From contig BCIN01000001.1 of the NCBI GenBank assembly GCA_039545335.1, positions 4,067,347 to 4,131,346 on the forward strand: a DNA stretch of 64,000 nucleotides. The letters run 5' to 3'. The notes beneath the pieces were generated by a model, which was not told where the DNA came from, did not search any database, and saw only the letters and a program-made list of their open reading frames with translations. Below, in pieces: positions 41,247 through 53,009 of this stretch; position 1 is the first letter of the stretch; each line of letters starts with the position of its first letter. Source of the DNA: Kondoa subrosea. Lineage: Eukaryota. A program made the position numbers and the translations under genes.

Positions 41247-43298
41247 TTATCGGTTGTCCGTATAGCGTTGTTGCTGCAGCCAAACAGGCACGTGTTCTTG
41301 CGGTGAACTTGTTTCTACTTCTTGTTCTAATCGATAAGGATAATTGCGTTGATTTTGGGCCGCATAAGTCGGCACAGGTTGAATGATGTTAGGACTTCTG
41401 GACTGATACATTTCGCTGCTCGACGCGCTTGGCCGTCGGCTGAATTGACTGAAGAAGTGTTCACTTCCCAAGCTGGGCGGATTCGAGTATGTCGAAAGCC
41501 CAGGCTGAGACCCAACGATCGGCGTGGGAGCGTTGTAATAGAAAGGAGACAGCGGTGGAGCTTGAGTTCGAGGCGAAACAGGTCGATTGACTCGAGGAGC
41601 TGATACATGACTTGGTCCAAGGTGATCGAGATAGTAAGAGGAAGAAGGTTGCACTTGTTGTCGCTCCAAGGCAGTAGGAAAGTAGTTGCTAGGAAATTGC
41701 GGCCCAAACCTTTCGTTATTTTGCAATCTTGACATATAAGGGGATGCGTTGTCAGAAAACTGATCCAACGAAGATTGCGGATCTATCAGGCTGCCTGAGT
41801 CCGAGTTCCAGGCTTGATGATTGCTTGGCTCGTGGGCTCGAGGAGAAGTTAGACTGGGACCGGTTAAGGCGCGATTTCTACCATGATCGGATAGCGACCT
41901 GGAGAAATCGGCAGAAAGTGGACTAATACTTGTTTGGCCTGGAGCATAGGATGAAGTATATGGCCTTGCTTCCACTGAAAAGCTATTACTCCGTTGCTGC
42001 GGGTATTGGTATTGAGGAACAGAAGCTGGATTGTCCATTGATTGGGGGACATTGAAATTGAACGTAGCGGAAGCGGGAGTCGGTGGTAAGGAAGACGAGT
42101 TATCATAGATGGAGTTCCGGTAAAGCATTGGCTGGTTTGAAGAGTATGCTTCCACCGATCGATGCTGAGGCTCGAAAGCCTGCGGTAAATTTTCGCCTAA
42201 TCGTGGTATATGAGCATATTTTGGAAGGTTAGCAGATTGTAATTTACCTGGAAGTTGCATGTCTGACGGCACGTTCCGTACTGATCCATACGGTGTGGGA
42301 CGAATGCGAGCGCTGGTACTTCTACTAGAGCCACCAGACACGGTATGAACGCGAGACGACAGAGGTGCATTTATTGCCGAGCGAGGAGATTGACTGAAGG
42401 AACCAGATGCCGAGGAAGATCTCGGTTCTCCTGATGATGATGAAATCGACGAAGTTGCCGAGCCAGGTTCACTTGCTGAAAATGCAAAGTAATCGCTAGA
42501 GGAATTGCTGAAGGCTGTTTCGACAGGAGAGATCAGGGAAGAAGATGTGCTTGCAAAGGAAGATCGACTAGTCGATGGCCGTGGCGGTGCATTTTCGTCT
42601 CGTTCTGCGACGAAGCTCGGTGTTCCATCTGGGGCATATTCAATTTTGGGTGGTACGCGAAATGAAGAAGGGTTGAGCAGAGAAGGTGAGATTGAGAAAG
42701 CCGTCAGTTCTGGTAAAGAAGAGGGAGTGCGAAGTCGGCCTTCTAAGACATCGTCGACGCAGTAGTAGCAGATGAGGTGAAGAGCACCAACACTCAACGT
42801 CTTCTTCACAAGACCGTCCTTCTTGAACTTGAAAGTAGATGTCAACGAGCCCACCAAAGATCGCTCTCGGTTTCTTCCACTTCGAGGATTGCTTTCATCT
42901 GTCACGCCACCACTAGCAGCAGGATGGGTGGTGAGCGACGCGGCATAGGTTGAGATGGTAGAAACTCACTACAAACGTTCCTCTTCTGCTCTGCTCAAAG
43001 CCGCGCTGCCATTTGCGTCCTCATCTACGCTTCGTTTGTCCAGTTCTCGATAGACGAGAAAGTTGCCCAGAATGCGCGAAGGGCTCCACATACGACCGTC
43101 TGTCCATCGCTTGATGCGTGACTCTTCCTCATCGAAAACATAGACAGAACCGGATGTGATCTCCAAACGTTCCTTCTCTTGCAAACGCCGAGTGATCCGA
43201 TCGCATTGCTGTTGATTGCAAGCTTCCAACAGAACCAGAGCGTCGTGTGTTGTATCAATGAAACCGTGAAACGTTGGCTCCATATGATCTGTAGCCAT
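41247..43298 (-). CDS. WOPR-domain transcription factor, Gti1/Wor1/Ryp1 type
   Basis: WOPRa (PTFHGFIDTTHDALVLLEAC..ITSGSVYVFDEEES.IKRWTDGRMWSPSRILGNFLVYREL), WOPRb (ERSLVGSL..FKKDGLVKKT..HLICYY) and a long Ser/Pro/Gln tail. Confidence 0.92.
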
Positions 43299-43747
43299 TG
43301 AGCTTTTTTCTCGCTTCTGCAAATAAAGAAATAGTTTGCTTGAGTAAACTGCATAGCAACAAAGTAATGCAAAGGTGTATATAACGCACAAACGACGGTG
43401 ATAGCGGTAGTTAGGTGGTGCTCAAAGTTGACCACCAATAATAATGTCGGAGGAGTTGAATGAGACCAGATGCGAGGGTTGGCAGCTGAGTAGAGCAAAG
43501 GAAGAAAACAGCTGCTGAATTGCGGCGCTGTTTGATTGGTCTTAGACGATTTCCTCTTCTCTTTTACTCTACAATGCCGGTCCCAGATAAAGTGTCTTGA
43601 GCTTTGATTAGTCGCACAGTGTGAGAGTGGTTCTTCGTCTCGAAGTAGTCCACCACCGACAGACAGAATCTTCTTCAGGACAGGTATAACCGAGCGAGCG
43701 AGCCTTGTGGGTTGTGATCCAAGTTTATAGTTTCAGAAGATAGCGGG

Positions 43748-44452
43748 CGGAATGCGACGATGCGAAATTTATGCTTTGTTTCTGGGGTCGCTGCCTGCTG
43801 AGCCGGTCTCTTGGTAAGTGCCTTTCCGATGATCAGTCCCACGATCACCGTCGAAGCCTTTCCGTAGCAACTGTCAGAAATGCACTTTTGCGGCAAAGGA
43901 CTTGCGAATTCCGATTATGTGATGTTTGCTCAAACGGTCGACCAAGTCGGCAGGTATCAAGGCGCTGTCTAAGCTTTGCGAAAAGCTCGCGATACCGCAA
44001 CAAAGACGTCGAACAAAGAATGAAGTCACTCAAAGCATGATACGTTGACTAGCGTAAAAATGTACTAGCACGAGTCTCTCCCTGCCGGTGACTTTATTGT
44101 TGAAGTTCTCCGCCCGCTCTTCCTCGCCTGTGACCGCGCACTACTGTGTCCCATCAGCATATAAGAGCGCGAGATGAGCGCAATGACCTGCGATTGAGTT
44201 CCGTTGGGCATTGTAATGATGAAATCGCTTTTCAGTCTTTTCTCAGGTACCTTTCCAGAGGCTAGACTCGCGGAAAGCTTGCGATTGATACCGGCAACGG
44301 AATGCCGCGGAATGCATTACGGAAAGGAAATTACTAAGCAATAAATTTGCCTGTCAATCCAGACATTGCCCAGACTTGCAAGATGAGCCGGAATGGAAAT
44401 CCAAAAATGGAGAATCAGAGAGAACGATCTGGAAGTGAAACACATGGGAATG
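43748..44452. promoter_or_regulatory. Cluster of five GGAATG (CATTCC) TEA/ATTS-like sites upstream of the WOPR gene
   Basis: GGAATG at 43749, 44299, 44309, 44390 and 44447, four of them as CGGAATG. TTACTAA at 44331. Confidence 0.45.
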
Positions 44453-44625
44453 ATGCGATCAAGGGGCGCAATAAGATGCAACGTGGCTGAGAAGCGGTGA
44501 ATTAATCAGAGCGGACGTGGGACTCCAGGGCGAAAATCATTTTTCCAACTCAAAATCCAGACGCCCGAATCACGGTCGGTCGCTGATTCGGTGCACAAGT
44601 CCACGGAAAAAGATCAGGCCATAAA

Positions 44626-47600
44626 TTAAAGATCTTCGTCATCACTTCCTCCGATGAGTTTGGCGTAATCTTCGACAGTACCAAATAGAGGTAAATGCTT
44701 TAGCTTGCGCTTCTTGTGCCTGTTGATTTGCGATTTGCTTGCTCCTTCGGGCGGTACATCGTCATTGTCTCCACCAAGAACAACATCCATATCGCTGTCA
44801 AGTAAGTCATCTGGCTCTTCATCGAAACCGCCATCGCTTTCTTCATCATTAAATGCAGAGATCGGCTCGACAATTTCCTCTTCTTGCTCCTCTTCATCAC
44901 TTTCCATGTCCAAAGAGATATCGTCATCTTCTTCCAGCTCGGGATCTTCCGCATCCAATTCATCCCTATCGTTCTTCGGCATGCTGGCTTTCATCGCGTT
45001 CCAGATCTCGCTTTCATCGCTTGAATCTAATACAGAGCCATCTTGATCTGGAGCATCCATCTCAGCGTCATTGCTCTCGATATCTGAATCATCTTCGCGA
45101 TCTCTCTTTTTGCTTCTGCGTACTTCAGCTTTACTTTGCAGCGAATCTGCATTCTCATGTTTGCCAACAAAGTAACTGTGGAAGAAGACCTTCAAAGACA
45201 AATCAGCACATCATACTCGATTCCTACATATCTTGACTTACTTGATCAGGAGGGATATCTGAGGTATTTTTGCGCCAAAATTGATCCGAATTCACTTGCT
45301 CATCTTTGCCCAATCCAGTTCCTTTGCGCAGTAAGACTCGTCCGGTATGATCCTGACCAGCAGCAGCAGGTTGCATAGCGGAAACACCTCGCAAAGCTCC
45401 AGCTTTCTTTGGATCTCGGTACACGAAACGATCGAGGAAATGTGTGAAGGTATGTTGTTCCAAATCTTGTGTTGTGCTGAGCTTTTGATTATATAGTAGT
45501 TCGGTTGCATGAGTTGATACAGAAGGATGGTAGTGTTGTAAAAGCGGTACCTATAAACAATCTGATTAGCTTGTTTTCAATACATACTTGCACGCTTACG
45601 AGATCCCACAGGCAAGTTGACTGTGCATTGGCAAATTGCGGATCTCTCTTCCGAGAATCATAAGCTGTCGATCGAGTCTTTATGACATTCTTGGGCACAA
45701 TTTCCTCTTTGTCATCTTCCTCCGCAGAAGAGTCAGATTGAAATCCAGCTTCAGGTGCATCTTTGAAATTCTCCGCCTGATCATGATCTTCAGGCTGCGA
45801 GAGCATACTAGCCAAAGCAGGTTTGCTTATGAACAGCTACAATCGAATCAGCTAATGCGATGTTAACAAGCAGGATGGAACTGACTTCTCCTAGAAGATG
45901 CAACGCTCCAATAATATAAGGCGGTGAGTGTCCTGATAAAGTCTGCAAAAGGCGTTTAATAAAAGCCATAGTGCGATTTATAGAAGTATCGGAATTAATA
46001 GCGCGGAAGAGAAGATTGAGGTAAAGAGTTTGCTTTGAAGACTCAGGCAGACGGGCGTCGAGCAGGGAAGCATAAAGGGCGCTATAGAAACGGTCCGATA
46101 TGGACTAGTGCAAGATTGAGTAAATAGCTAGCGATCTGGTTGTGTGAACTCACGCCTTTCGAATTGGCTACACTGAAGATGAGTGCTAAGGCTTGAATAG
46201 AAACATTGAAAGATCCAGTGTGAGTGATTTTGAAGAGTGTATCCATGCGTTCTTGCATTCTTTACAAAGCCTATAAGACGCGTTTTGTATCATCGCAAAC
46301 ACCAACTTACATTGCATCTTCAAGATCAGCAAAAGGGAATGCTCTGTTTACGCCAGTCAAGACAGCAGCTAACATCTTGCTATCTCCTTCTTCTTCCAAT
46401 TCAGCTTTCGCAGCCAATTCTTTTTTGCCCTCTTTCCCCTTTTTGCCAAACTTCTTCTTCTTCTTGTCTATCACAGGGTTCCGAGTCGCTTCCAATCGTT
46501 TGAGGATATCAGAAAAGACTTGAAAGTAGACTTCGATAAGTTTGCCAGCTACAGCAGTTTCGTTGCGTTGAAGCATGATTTGATTCAAAGTGATCAAACC
46601 ATAATACCGAGCATGTTCGTACTTTCTCGCATGAGTGGCATCGTCTTTGCCTGGTGGTGCTGCTGCTGGTTTGAGAACGAGACCAGCTACTTCTCGAATG
46701 ACTATAGGTTTCATGTTTGGGTGAATTTGAAGGAGTTGAAGAAGATTGTAAGAGGCTAACGACGCTAACGGTCGATTGGTATCGCCCTATGATGCAATTT
46801 GTTAGCGAGAAAGCTGATGCAAGCGAAAACACGTACCAGTTTATTGGCTAAAAGAATGAGCAGATTGTGTTCCTGTTCCGGCTTATCCGCAAGCAGACTA
46901 TACAAATGCCCGACTACTTGAGTACGAATGAAAGGAAGTGGATCGTTGACCATAGTCTGTGGACACATTTAAGTCAGATCTGTCACGTCCAACCGAAATC
47001 ATTTATTTACCTCGAGTGTTCGAAGCAATTCCAGATACCACTTCTTCAACCAATGCTCGAATGCCCAAAGCAACAGATACTGATCAGCAACATTGGGTGC
47101 CACTTTAGCCTTTTTCGGATTCTCCTTGACCCAAGCTACATCTCTCAATCTCGTTTGATCGCCAAACCACTTAAGTTTCCTATTCGAAGGTAAACCTTGA
47201 CCTTTCAACCAATCCACGACTGATCGAATCGCCTTTGTACTCTCTTCCCTTTGTTTCTTACCACACAACGCCAACAATTGAGTCAAGTATGTAGTACAAT
47301 GTACAGGTGATGAAGAAGCGAGTAAAGTTAAAGCAGAGAGTTTATCGGACGAAGTACCGCTTTGCAGAATAGTGACAATGAAAGACTTGTCGGCTCGAGA
47401 GAGGGTAGCAGCAGCTTCTTCAGCGTAAGACACTTTGGATTTTGGCGAAAGTGATTCGGTATATTGGTTTCCAGCTTGCACGAGAACTTCATTTGCTCGT
47501 TTCTCCAAAGCAGCAGTCACTGTCAAAGAGAAAGATTCGGGAGCGGAGGGGAGAGTAGGTAGTTCTATAGCATGCCATAGCGGTTGAGGAGCAATCAGCC

Positions 47601-48149
47601 ATCCAGAAGGTAGAGCTTGCGATGTTTGAGCTGGAGCAGAAGAAGTAGAAGCAACCGCAGGTGTGATAGGTGCAACAACAGCAGGAGGTTCTTCTTCTGA
47701 TACATCCTCTGATTCTGACGGGTCATCAGACTCTGCTTCGACGTTTTCTTCAGCCGAATCTATGTCTTCTCGTTCAATCTTGTCAAAGCCAAGACCAGCA
47801 ATAAACTTCTTGAGTTCAGCATCTGCCAATTTCTGTCCAGTCCAACCTGTAATTGAGCGGGAAAAAATCATTCATCATAGCAAAACGAGCTTACATCTGC
47901 CTTCGACTTGGCTTTATCTTTGCTAGTACTCGCTACAGCTCCATCCTGTTCAGCATCCGAGTCCAAGCCTTGCACCAGAGCTAGATCATCCTCCGTTCCG
48001 CCCAGTTCCAATATTTCTTGCAATAGAGCTGAATGCTTGCTCTCTACAGGCTGCATTGACTGGACAGCAGCAGGCTTGACAGGTTCTTTCCCCTTTTTTG
48101 ATGACTTCTTCTCTGCTTTTACAGCGTCCTTGGCCTTGGCTTGGGCCAT
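44626..48149 (-). CDS. MAK21: 60S biogenesis factor Mak21/Noc1 (CBF/CEBPZ family)
   Basis: SGTSSDKLSALTLL, LLADKPEQEHNLL..LANKL, HARYYGLITLNQ, LTGVNRAFPF, DRFYSALYASLLD, YDSRKRDPQFANA and FLDRFVYRDPK. Confidence 0.93.
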
Positions 48150-48206
48150 GACTGCTTCAGGTCAAGCGAGGTCATTTTTTTGTCGAGCAACAATCATCAA
48201 ACTTGG

Positions 48207-51200
48207 ATGGCGCAGAAGAGGTTCTTGGCTAGCAATACCAGGAATGTGTGCATTCTTGCCCATGTCGAGTCCGTCTCGCAGTACTCCTGAGCCTGTATTT
48301 CATGTCTAATGCAAATATGCAGTCATGGCAAGACTTCCTTAGCTGATTCGTTATTGGCTGCAAATAACATCGTTTCTACTCGTATGGCTGGCAAAGTTCG
48401 TTACTTGGACAGCCGAGATGATGAGCAAGAAAGAGGCATAACTATGGAATCAAGCGCTGTCTCACTGTCTTACCGAGTTCAACGAGCTCCAATTGCTTCT
48501 TCCTCTTCTTCTTCCGCCGATCCAATTGCTCCTACTATTGAAGACTATATCATTAACTTGATCGATACGCCTGGTCATGTAGATTTCTCAAGCGAAGTAT
48601 CAACTGCTTCTAGATTATGTGATGGAGCTCTAGTTCTCGTTGATGCAGTAGAAGGAGTGTGCACTCAAACAATATCTGTACTCAAACAAGCTTGGACAGA
48701 ACAATTGAAACCTATTCTCGTCATCAACAAGATTGATCGCTTGATTACTGAATTACGCTTGGCTCCTATAGAAGCGCATCATCATCTTATTCAACTCGTA
48801 GAACAAGTTAATGCAGTAATGGGAGGTTTCTTCGCTTCAGAAAGATTGGAAGATGAAGAGCGATGGCACGAAGATCGAGCTAAACGTTTATTAGCAAAGA
48901 AAGAAGCTACTGCTGATCTAATGATGGAGCAAGCAAATAGTTCAGAAACAAATGGTGCCGAGTTTGTTGATGTCGATAACGAGCAAAGTCATTTTGACGA
49001 AAGAGATGATGAAGATATTTATTTCGCTCCTGAAACTGGCAATGTCATCTTTGCTAGTGCTATAGATGGATGGGCTTTCCGAATCAACAACTTCTCTTCA
49101 CTGCATGCTCGCCGATTAGGCATAAAAGAAGCTAATCTTAGAAAAGTTCTATGGGGTGATTTCTACCTCGATCCAAAGAACAAGCGAGTACTGGCAAGGA
49201 AACATCTAGCTAAACGAAATCTGAAGCCTATGTTTGTACAATTCGTGTTGGATAATGTATGGGCGATATACGAAAATGTAACGCTCGAATAGTGAGCTTT
49301 TACAACGTTTCACTACTAGTCTATTCTTATATGATACTTAATAGCAACTCAGAAAAGATTAACAAGATCATCGCTGCCTTGGGGCTGAAAATCAAACCTC
49401 TAGATCTGAAAGCTAAAGATCGGAAAACTCTTCTATCCGCTATTTTCTCGCAATGGCTACCAATAGCATCAACAGCTTTCCGAGGTATTGTGGAACAGAT
49501 TCCAGCACCTCGAGAAGCTCAAGCAATCAGAATACCTCGAATGCTTCATCCCACTCTTGCGCAATCTCATCAAGCTGCTCCAGAACCTACAAATCGGCTA
49601 GAAGGCGACTTGTACGCTTGCAATGCCGCTTCGGAAGCTAATGTTGTAGCCTACGTCAGTAAAATGTTTGCTATCCCTACCTCTGATCTGCCGCAAAACC
49701 AAAGGAAACAAATGACTGCTGAAGAAATGCGAGAGAAAGGAAGAAGAACTAGAGAAGCGGCTTCTGCTCTATCTGCTACCGGAGCAGTCGTGACTCTAGA
49801 AGAAAGTGAGCGAAACGCGGCAGAAGCAGCAGCTAAAGAAGAACCTACCATTCAAACAACATTTGAAGAAGAAATTGAAGCGGAAACTTTGATTGGCTTC
49901 TCGAGGCTGTACTCTGGTTCTATCAAAGCTGGACAACACCTCTATGCTATCTTACCGAAATATAATGCTTCTCTTCCGCCTGATCACGAAGCAAATAAAC
50001 GATTCTGGGTTCCGATAACTGTCACGCACCTATATATGATGATGGGAAGAGATCTAGTACCGGTCGAAGAAGTTCCGGCTGGAAATGTCTTTGGTATAGG
50101 TGGATTGGAAGGCAAAGTTGTTCGAAGTGCCACGCTATGTGCTTCTCGGCCAGTGTTCGATGAATCACTTTCAAAGGTTACTGTTTCGGAAGATATGCAT
50201 GCGAGCTTTGTCAACTTGGCTGCTCTGAATTTTGCAGTGAGTCTATCTTGATCTGTATCTCGTATAGACGGCTGTTGATCCTTTCATAGTCTGCACCAAT
50301 AGTCAGAGTTGCTCTCGAGCCAGAAGATCCTTGTAAGCAGCGTTCTCAATATGCTGCAGCTAAACTGAACTTTTCTTCAGCACAAATGCCACAGCTAGTC
50401 GAAGGTCTACGACTTCTCAATCAAAGTGACCCTTGTGTGGAGACCTTGAGGCAAGAAACAGGGGAACATGTTATATTGACAGCAGGCGAACTTCATCTGG
50501 AGGTTAGTACAATCTCCTCTGAATTATTTAGTCGTGCTGATAAAACCTCCAGCGATGTCTGAAAGATCTTCGGGAGCGCTTTGCAAAAATCAAAATACAG
50601 TCCTCGCCTCCAATAGTTCCGTTCCGAGAGACAGCAATAGCATCTGTCGGTATGTGTCCACTTATCTTTGCGCGCCTAGCATCACTTACCGATGTGTTCA
50701 GATCTCATACCTAAAGCAAAGGGCGTCACTCGAGGCATCAGCTCATTCACTGTTCTAGACGGTCTTCTATCTATTACAGTCGCGGTCCGACCTCTACCTC
50801 AGGAGGTCACATCTTTCCTGTCCACCCATCAAACCTCAGTGCGGCGCCTACAGCGCGAGACAGATGCAAACGCTGAAGCAGAACCATTGGCTACCGATTC
50901 AGCTCTAGCCCAATCTCAAGCTAAAGAACTCACATCTCAGGACTTCAAAGTCCAGTTGTCTAGTCTGCTTAAGAAAGCTGATATACCTGAATTCGAGCGA
51001 AGCATACGTACTTTTGGTCCCCGCGGCGTCGGTCCAAACATTCTTTTCGACAGTAGTGATCGCAAGGAAAACCCGACCGATGAAAGTACCTCACGCGCAT
51101 TTCTGGAAAGTATGGACACCGCTTTTCAGATAGCTACACTTCGAGGTCCTCTTTGCGCAGAACCTGTAGAAAGCATGGCTTTCTTTATCGAAAGTATATC

Positions 51201-51988
51201 GCTGCGAAAGGAAGACGAAGACAGTCAGCTATGTAGGTTCTTCCATGTCCACAAAAGTAATTACTCACAAGTAAATTGCAGTGCAAAGTCGATTCTCCCA
51301 AGTCACAGGCGGCATCATCTCAGCGGGACAAGAAGCTTTCAGAAATGCTTTCCTTGATTGGTCGCCTCGTCTACTATTAGCGATGTACTCGTGTGATATT
51401 CAAGCTTCAAGTATGTCGTATCGTGCTTGTAGCTTCTTGACTGATGTGTTCGATCAGCGGATGTACTAGGCAAGGTCTATGGGGTTGTAGCCAAGCGGAG
51501 AGGCCGTATTATATCAGAGGAAATGAAGGAAGGAACGACATTCTTCACTGTCCGTTCTCTGCTGCCAGTTGTCGAGAGTTTCGGTTTTGCAGAAGGTATG
51601 TCTTACAATTGCGTATTGGTCATAGCTGATGACCTGTATAGAGATTCGGAAACGTACCTCTGGAGCAGCCAGCCCGCAATTGGTCTTCCATGGGTAAGTC
51701 TGCTTGCTGGATTTACTGCCAAGAGTCTCATGATCTGTCTTTATAGATTCGAGATGTTAGATCAAGATCCCTTTTGGGTACCTTCAACAGAAGAAGAGCT
51801 GGAAGATTTAGGAGACAAGGCCGATAGAGAGAATATCGCTCGTCGGTATATGGATCGGGTTAGAAAGCGCAAGGTTCGTCCATCGATTGCTCTCTCACGG
51901 ACATCTGTTGATGTCTGGATCACAGGGCTTGGCTGTTGTAGAGAAGATTGTCGAGTTTGCGGAGAAACAAAGGACAATGAAACGCTGA
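48207..51988 (+). CDS. RIA1: Elongation factor-like GTPase Ria1/Efl1 (60S maturation)
   Basis: [90 protein letters not shown] and [13 protein letters not shown]. Confidence 0.95.
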
Positions 51989-53009
51989 AGATATATTCAT
52001 TAAACAGTTGTATTGTACCAGGCATTCGATACCTTCCTGCATTGCGACGCAAGCACGACAAGCATTACTTCGCACCACCAAGATACTGAGTAGTATACAA
52101 TAAATTTGTAGATGCCAATAGTATGCTCATGCAGCCTTTAGAACGAAGCGCAGCCTTTATGCATTAATAAGCAAGAAGTTGCATTGAAGGCGCTGAGGGA
52201 TGCAAGACCTGCGATCAGGCCGCATTCATGTCACATGAAATCGTTTTGCGTTGGAAAGAGCGTTCTACACGAGGCTTTCTGGAAAGGTGGGCATCAGCAG
52301 CTGGCTGAAATATATGGAGAGCACTACCTGTCCAAGTCTTCCCCCTGCCCACCCCTCTTGACGTAAAGTAAGCACTTCTGGACTATCAAGTCTTCAACTT
52401 TCACCGGGCAGGCTGTTGTATCAAAGCGAGCGAGAAGAACACGAGTTACAGACCTCAGATAACAATCCGGAACGAGTTATTAGCCGCGCCAACGCTTGCC
52501 TCAATTCTGGTAAAGTAAGCGAGATTTATATTCGCTTCAAGACAGGAGAAGGGGAATGAGATGGAGAAGAGAAAGAAGAGGATCGCAGCAGAGATTTTGT
52601 GCTCTTTGCGCCACTTAGGATTTCAAAAACTCATCAAAACAATCTATGTTTGAAACTTGACCTGGAGTTAGTAACTTGCGCAAGCGTATTGAAATGCGCT
52701 ACCAACGCAGTGGGATAATAGGAATGCCAGAAAGGGAGAGGAGCAGGAGATCACTAGTGTGCGAATAAACACCCGAAGAAGCGTGCGGGAAAAGGGAAAA
52801 GCACATTTCTTGGGATACGCAGGAGATCACGGTATCTGCCGCAATGAAGATAATGTGCTACTACAGGACATTCAGCCATGTGTAATCTCAGAGACACTGA
52901 CTTGCCATCGCACAGGCAAGAAAAATATCGCGTTTTGGGAGGCCGCCGATAGCAACTTCTCCGCAAGAGCTGGCTGAGTGTCTTGCGGTCCACGTTTGTC
53001 CCCTTTGAG

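Noticed and set aside
52453..52640. C/D snoRNA with guide AUUGUUAU-CUGA
   Set aside because: Only about 8 nt of rRNA complementarity, and the nearest UGAUGA is about 180 nt away with no terminal stem.
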